Shown here piece by piece: positions 59,926-64,000 of a stretch of DNA of 64,000 nt. How positions within the stretch are numbered: the first letter of the stretch is position 1; every line of letters begins with the position of its first letter. This DNA is from Leidyana gryllorum EB-2025a. Lineage: Eukaryota > Protista > Apicomplexa. The DNA is taken from contig JBLWGC010000143.1 of assembly GCA_048772705.1 (NCBI GenBank), positions 103,969 to 167,968 of the forward strand, in the 5' to 3' direction. The notes beneath the pieces were generated by a model. The model was not told the DNA's origin and made no database searches. It worked only from the letters and a program-made list of their open reading frames with translations. The translations under genes were made by a program, and so were the position numbers.

Positions 59926-61254
59926 TCAGTGGCTGGTAATAAGGGGCTGAGAAGTAACCATTTGACCTCCGACGGCGTTGGTTGCGGCGAGCCCGGTGTA
60001 CTGACCGCCAGTAGTTGTAGTGGTGGTTGTGCTTGTGTACTGGGCAGTAGCACCTGATGGGCTTCCGTAGACAGCACCACCCTGAGAAGCGTACTGCACG
60101 CCTCCAGCAGAAGTGGCGTACTGAGCTCCGCCTTGAATTCCGTACTGAGAGCTACTGAATTGCCCACCAGTGGCCATAGTAGTGGTGGTGGTGGAGGTGG
60201 TCACGCGTTCGCCAGTCCAGGTGTTGACAGCTGTGGCGGGGTTCCAGCCTTGAATTTCCGCGCCAGCCTGGGGTTGAGTATAACTAATACGCTCCGAGAG
60301 GAATTGAACAGCGCCTCCAACACCCGCAACGTACGGCAGCTTTTGAACTTCGGTGGTGTTCAAGTGCTGGTTGAGCTGTTGCAACATGGTGTTGTACTGG
60401 GCAGCAGGCACTGAGATCACACGGTGCACAGAGTCGACCGCACCATAAGCTTCGATGTTGGTGGCCACGGGCTTGATAACGTGGACATCAACAGGAACGC
60501 ACTCAGCCTCGTACTCAAGGACATCAACCTCATACTCGCCTTGACCCTCAACGATGTAGGGCTTGATGGTCTGGGCGACCACCATAGGCACTTGACGGTC
60601 GGTATAGCGGTTGATAGCCACAGGGACTTCAACGGTGTAGGGCTTGGGCACTTCGATAATCTGGCCTGGGACCTCTACAACCTTATCAACATAGTTGATA
60701 CGGGGGACCTTGACCTCTTTGACAACTTCGACCTGGCGGTCCTGCACAACCGGGACCTTTTTGTCAACCCAGACGTCCTGATAGACAGGCACCTCGACAG
60801 TGCGGTCGATGTACTCAGTACGGGGGACTTCGACAACGCGCTCAACCCACTCAATTTGAGGCACTCTCTTCTCCACAACCTTCTCTCGCTGCTCCTTGCG
60901 GGTGACACGGACCTCCTTCTCCTCCACAGTAGGTACATCAATTGTGCGAGTGGGCAAGTCGGTCGGGCGGGGACCCAAATAACTCTCCTCCACGATGGTT
61001 GAAGAAACCTTTCGAACCGACTCAACTCGCTCACCCGCCACCGTGGTACCAGTGACACGACGCTCGTTCGTGGAAGAGTGAGTATACGACCCTTGGGCGG
61101 GAGCATAGCTCAACTGACCTCCAGTTTGGTAGCTGGCGGTGTTGTAAGAGTAATTGGTGGGTGAGGCCGAAGTCTGGTGATGATAAGTTGAGACTGGCAT
61201 GCTGATGGGGACTTGGGGAAGACCAGAACCGACGCTGTTGTAAGCAGAGGCCAT
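59926..61254 (-). CDS. Alveolin / inner membrane complex (IMC) protein
   Basis: V/E/P repeats EKVVEKRVPQIEWVERVVEVPRTEYIDRTVEVP, KVVEVPGQIIEVPKPY. Confidence 0.9.
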   Translation of the reverse strand: MASAYNSVGSGLPQVPISMPVSTYHHQTSASPTNYSYNTASYQTGGQLSYAPAQGSYTHSSTNERRVTGTTVAGERVESVRKVSSTIVEESYLGPRPTDLPTRTIDVPTVEEKEVRVTRKEQREKVVEKRVPQIEWVERVVEVPRTEYIDRTVEVPVYQDVWVDKKVPVVQDRQVEVVKEVKVPRINYVDKVVEVPGQIIEVPKPYTVEVPVAINRYTDRQVPMVVAQTIKPYIVEGQGEYEVDVLEYEAECVPVDVHVIKPVATNIEAYGAVDSVHRVISVPAAQYNTMLQQLNQHLNTTEVQKLPYVAGVGGAVQFLSERISYTQPQAGAEIQGWNPATAVNTWTGERVTTSTTTTTMATGGQFSSSQYGIQGGAQYATSAGGVQYASQGGAVYGSPSGATAQYTSTTTTTTTGGQYTGLAATNAVGGQMVTSQPLITSH

Positions 61255-61473
61255 CCTAAATGAAAAGTAATAGGGCCGGTGGGAGGAATGTAAGAGAAGA
61301 AGGGATCTGAGATTCACAACGTTTTTGGGTCAAACTACGACCGACTTTGAGTTTTGTGTGCGAGATAGATCTCCTCACACTCACCCTTCGGGACTTGCAA
61401 TACGACAGCTTTGGTGCCTTCCAACATCCCAACTTTCCATTCATCCTTTTTTCCTCCACCGATTTACTTCAAC

Positions 61474-63691
61474 ATGTCCGCCTCCGTACACTCTCAGGCT
61501 TCTTCTCGCCCGCAATCCACTGTTTCTGGCATCCCAGTCGCCGCCGCCACCCATAACGACCAAGAATCCCTTGCAAGTGCCCATTTCGAGCGGGAGCAAC
61601 CTGTCGAAACCCAGACTGGTACGTGCCTCATCCAATGCCAGTGTGTGGTGTGCGCGTCTCGCTGTGTTGTGGTATTTGTGCACATTCTACTGCGTCTCCC
61701 GACATCCACCGGCGATTCGTTCATCGCTGTCCTTTCCACCGATGACTGACTGATCTGGTGGCGCGGGCGTGCTTGTGGCTTTCCACCACTAGACACGCCC
61801 ATCACTGCTAGGCGGTCGGTGCATCAAAGATTTGACGGAACACGCAGTGGAAAGGGATCCAGGAATGGAACCTTTAGTGCTGGCCGTTCAACAGTTGCCT
61901 TCTCCCTTTGGTGTGGTACCAAGCATCTGAAAATTGAGTTTGCGCTCACAAATGATCTTTCAATTTCGTATTTGTTATTGGATTTGATACACATCGCGGT
62001 TCCATTTCTGGTTCGCGACCGGTTCACTGACTTGCTTCCACATGTTCTGTGCAGCACCTGTCGAGAGAATGATTGGTGAAACTGTGATCACTGCTGGAGA
62101 CGCTGAAAGCACTCAGCAGCAGCACACCACCACTACCGTACAGACTACCACTTATACTACTGAGGGCGCCGTTCCGATGATGGGCGCCGTTGTTGCCAGT
62201 CGCGCTGTGGACATGAGCTCGGCTGAGGCAATTAGCACCAACACCGCTGCTGCCTACGTGACTGCCCCTGTCATCAGTTACGCTGCGACCAGCAGTGGAG
62301 CTGTTGTGACTGGTGGCAGCACTACCACCACCACCACTCATGCCGCTGTGAAGAGCAACGATATTGACCCGTCCATGTTCGGCGAAAACTGCTACACTCA
62401 CACTCGCAAAGTCTCTAACGTGATCGTTAGCGAGACCTTGTTGGGACAGCTCCCGCAGCAGGACGAGATCCGTTACGTGGAGGCCGATCCGAGCCGTTTC
62501 CCTCCTGAGGAGCGCGTGACCCATGTTATCAAGAAAGAGACTCGTGAGAAAGTTGTTGAGAAGAGAGTCCCGGTTGTCGAGTATGTGGAACGCGTCGTGG
62601 AGGTGCCCCGGGTTGAATACATCGACCGCACCGTTGAGGTTCCGCAGATTCAAGAAGTTTATGTGGACCAGCGTGTTCCTCAGGTTGTCGACAGAGTGGT
62701 CGAAGTGGTGAAGGAAGTTCCCGTCGTCAAAGACAAAATCGTCGAACGTGTTGTGGAAGTGCCAGGCGGAGTTATCGAAGTTCCGAAGCCTTACCCTGTG
62801 CACGTCGAGAAGGAAGTGTTCCGCGCCGTCGAGACTGAGAAACCCGTGATCGTTGCTCAAGTGGTGAAACCAGTAATTAAGGAGTCTTCGAAGCAGTTGG
62901 TGGTTGATGTTATGGACTATGAGCCCGAGGTCATCCCCGTTGATGTCCACGTGGCTAAGCCAGTTGGATCGGCTCTTGAGCTCGTTGGTTCCAGCGAAGT
63001 GCGTCATCGTTTGGTGAACATCACCTCAGCCCAATATAACACCATCTTGAGACAGCTGAACCACCATGTTGACGGGAAGTTCCAGGTTGGTCTGCCCTAC
63101 GTTCGTGAGAACGGCCAGACTCTTTTCCTGAAGAATGAGCAAATCAACTATATTGAGGCCCCTGTTGATGTTCGCATCGAGGGCTACGTTGCCAAGCATA
63201 CTGCTCAACCCATGGAAATCATGTCCCGTGGTCCTGCTTCTACCTACACTTCAGCCGTCGCCTACCGTGGAGGTTGCCCGACCAACATCACCCAAGCCAT
63301 GCAAGTGTGCACTACCCGCAACCAGCAGGTCGTTGAGAACGCGACACCGATGTTCCAAGTTGAGGCACGGGGCCTCCAAGCCACCGCTATGCAACAGGGC
63401 GCTTCTGTCCACGCCGCCTCCGTCCAGCAGCATCAACCGGTTGTGACTGCTCAATACGGTACTGTTGGCAGCGTCGAGATTCCCAGATCAGCTGTTGAAG
63501 CCGCCCAGTCCCTCATCCACTCTGCGACTCAGTACAACACTGATGAGGTGAAGGTGGCAACTCGCGACATGGCCCCCGTTCAGACTGGCTCTGAGGTTCG
63601 TACTTTCCCTGGTGCTGCTTCTCTTCCTCGTGAGGGTGGCTCAATCCGGAGCCAACTGCCCGCTCAGCAGCCGAGCCGTATCTGCTGCTAG
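61474..63691 (+). CDS. Alveolin / IMC protein; exons 61474-61618, 62055-63691
   Basis: EKVVEKRVPVVEYVERVVEVPRVEYIDRTVEVP repeats. The 436-nt intron gtacgt...gtgcag splices in frame. C-terminal ICC. Confidence 0.88.
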
Positions 63692-64000
63692 AGACACGTG
63701 GTAATTCGTTTAGTTTGGCGCTTCTCATTTTTTGTCCTTGGAAGTGCTTCGTGAGAACAGAAGTTTGCGGCCTTGATGTGATAAACTATGGACTCAGAGT
63801 GATTAGATTGAGTTTCATGCATCTAGAGTCGTCGCACTGTGCCAGACAGGTGGCTGTCGAGCAACGCGACCCAACATAGCGTCCAGATCTTGTTGCTCGA
63901 ACAGCCATTCCTGTCTTTGGCAGCTTAGTAATCACATCGCACCAGCAGCTCTATCTCCCCTGCGATCTGTAGTCCCCACCCATCTACTGCTGACAAAACA

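Noticed and set aside
61950-62030. Box C/D snoRNA in the long intron (atgatct...ctga)
   Set aside because: Poor C box, no terminal stem, and cactgac is better explained as the branch point.
60424-63007. Long antisense ORFs (60424-61002, 62024-63007) over the alveolins
   Set aside because: Shadow frames of Val/Glu-rich biased codons; no independent motifs.

Overview
This is eukaryotic DNA from a very compact, GC-balanced alveolate genome, most plausibly a gregarine-like apicomplexan. The organism call is inference, based on two alveolin/IMC genes, a Plasmodium PST-A-like lipase and very short GT-AG introns. Genes are split by 37-55 nt introns, so the ORF track fragments most of them; I rebuilt exon junctions by hand where possible. 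About 27 protein-coding genes. Recognisable ones: cNMP-domain protein, Mic10-like, SWIB protein, archease, F-box/PP2, SDS22, AP-2 mu, PX...Rubicon-homology protein, CXIP4-like zinc knuckle, a ~19 kb VPS13-like gene, FKBP-TPR, RPLP0, ERO1, WS/DGAT, alpha/beta lipase, RPL23A, a degenerate Hsp70 and two head-to-head alveolins. No rRNA, tRNA, CRISPR or recognisable transposon. Most notable observations: (1) operon-like packing of co-oriented genes, with gaps of -4 to 28 nt and T-tracts just before ATGs; (2) a secreted GT-B-like protein resembling uncharacterised bacterial/viral proteins; (3) a pseudo-ATPase Hsp70 with a duplicated tail; (4) an F-box/PP2 lectin; (5) an unnamed Ala-rich paralog pair; (6) a structured intergenic ncRNA candidate. 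All family calls are from motif recognition, not database searches.
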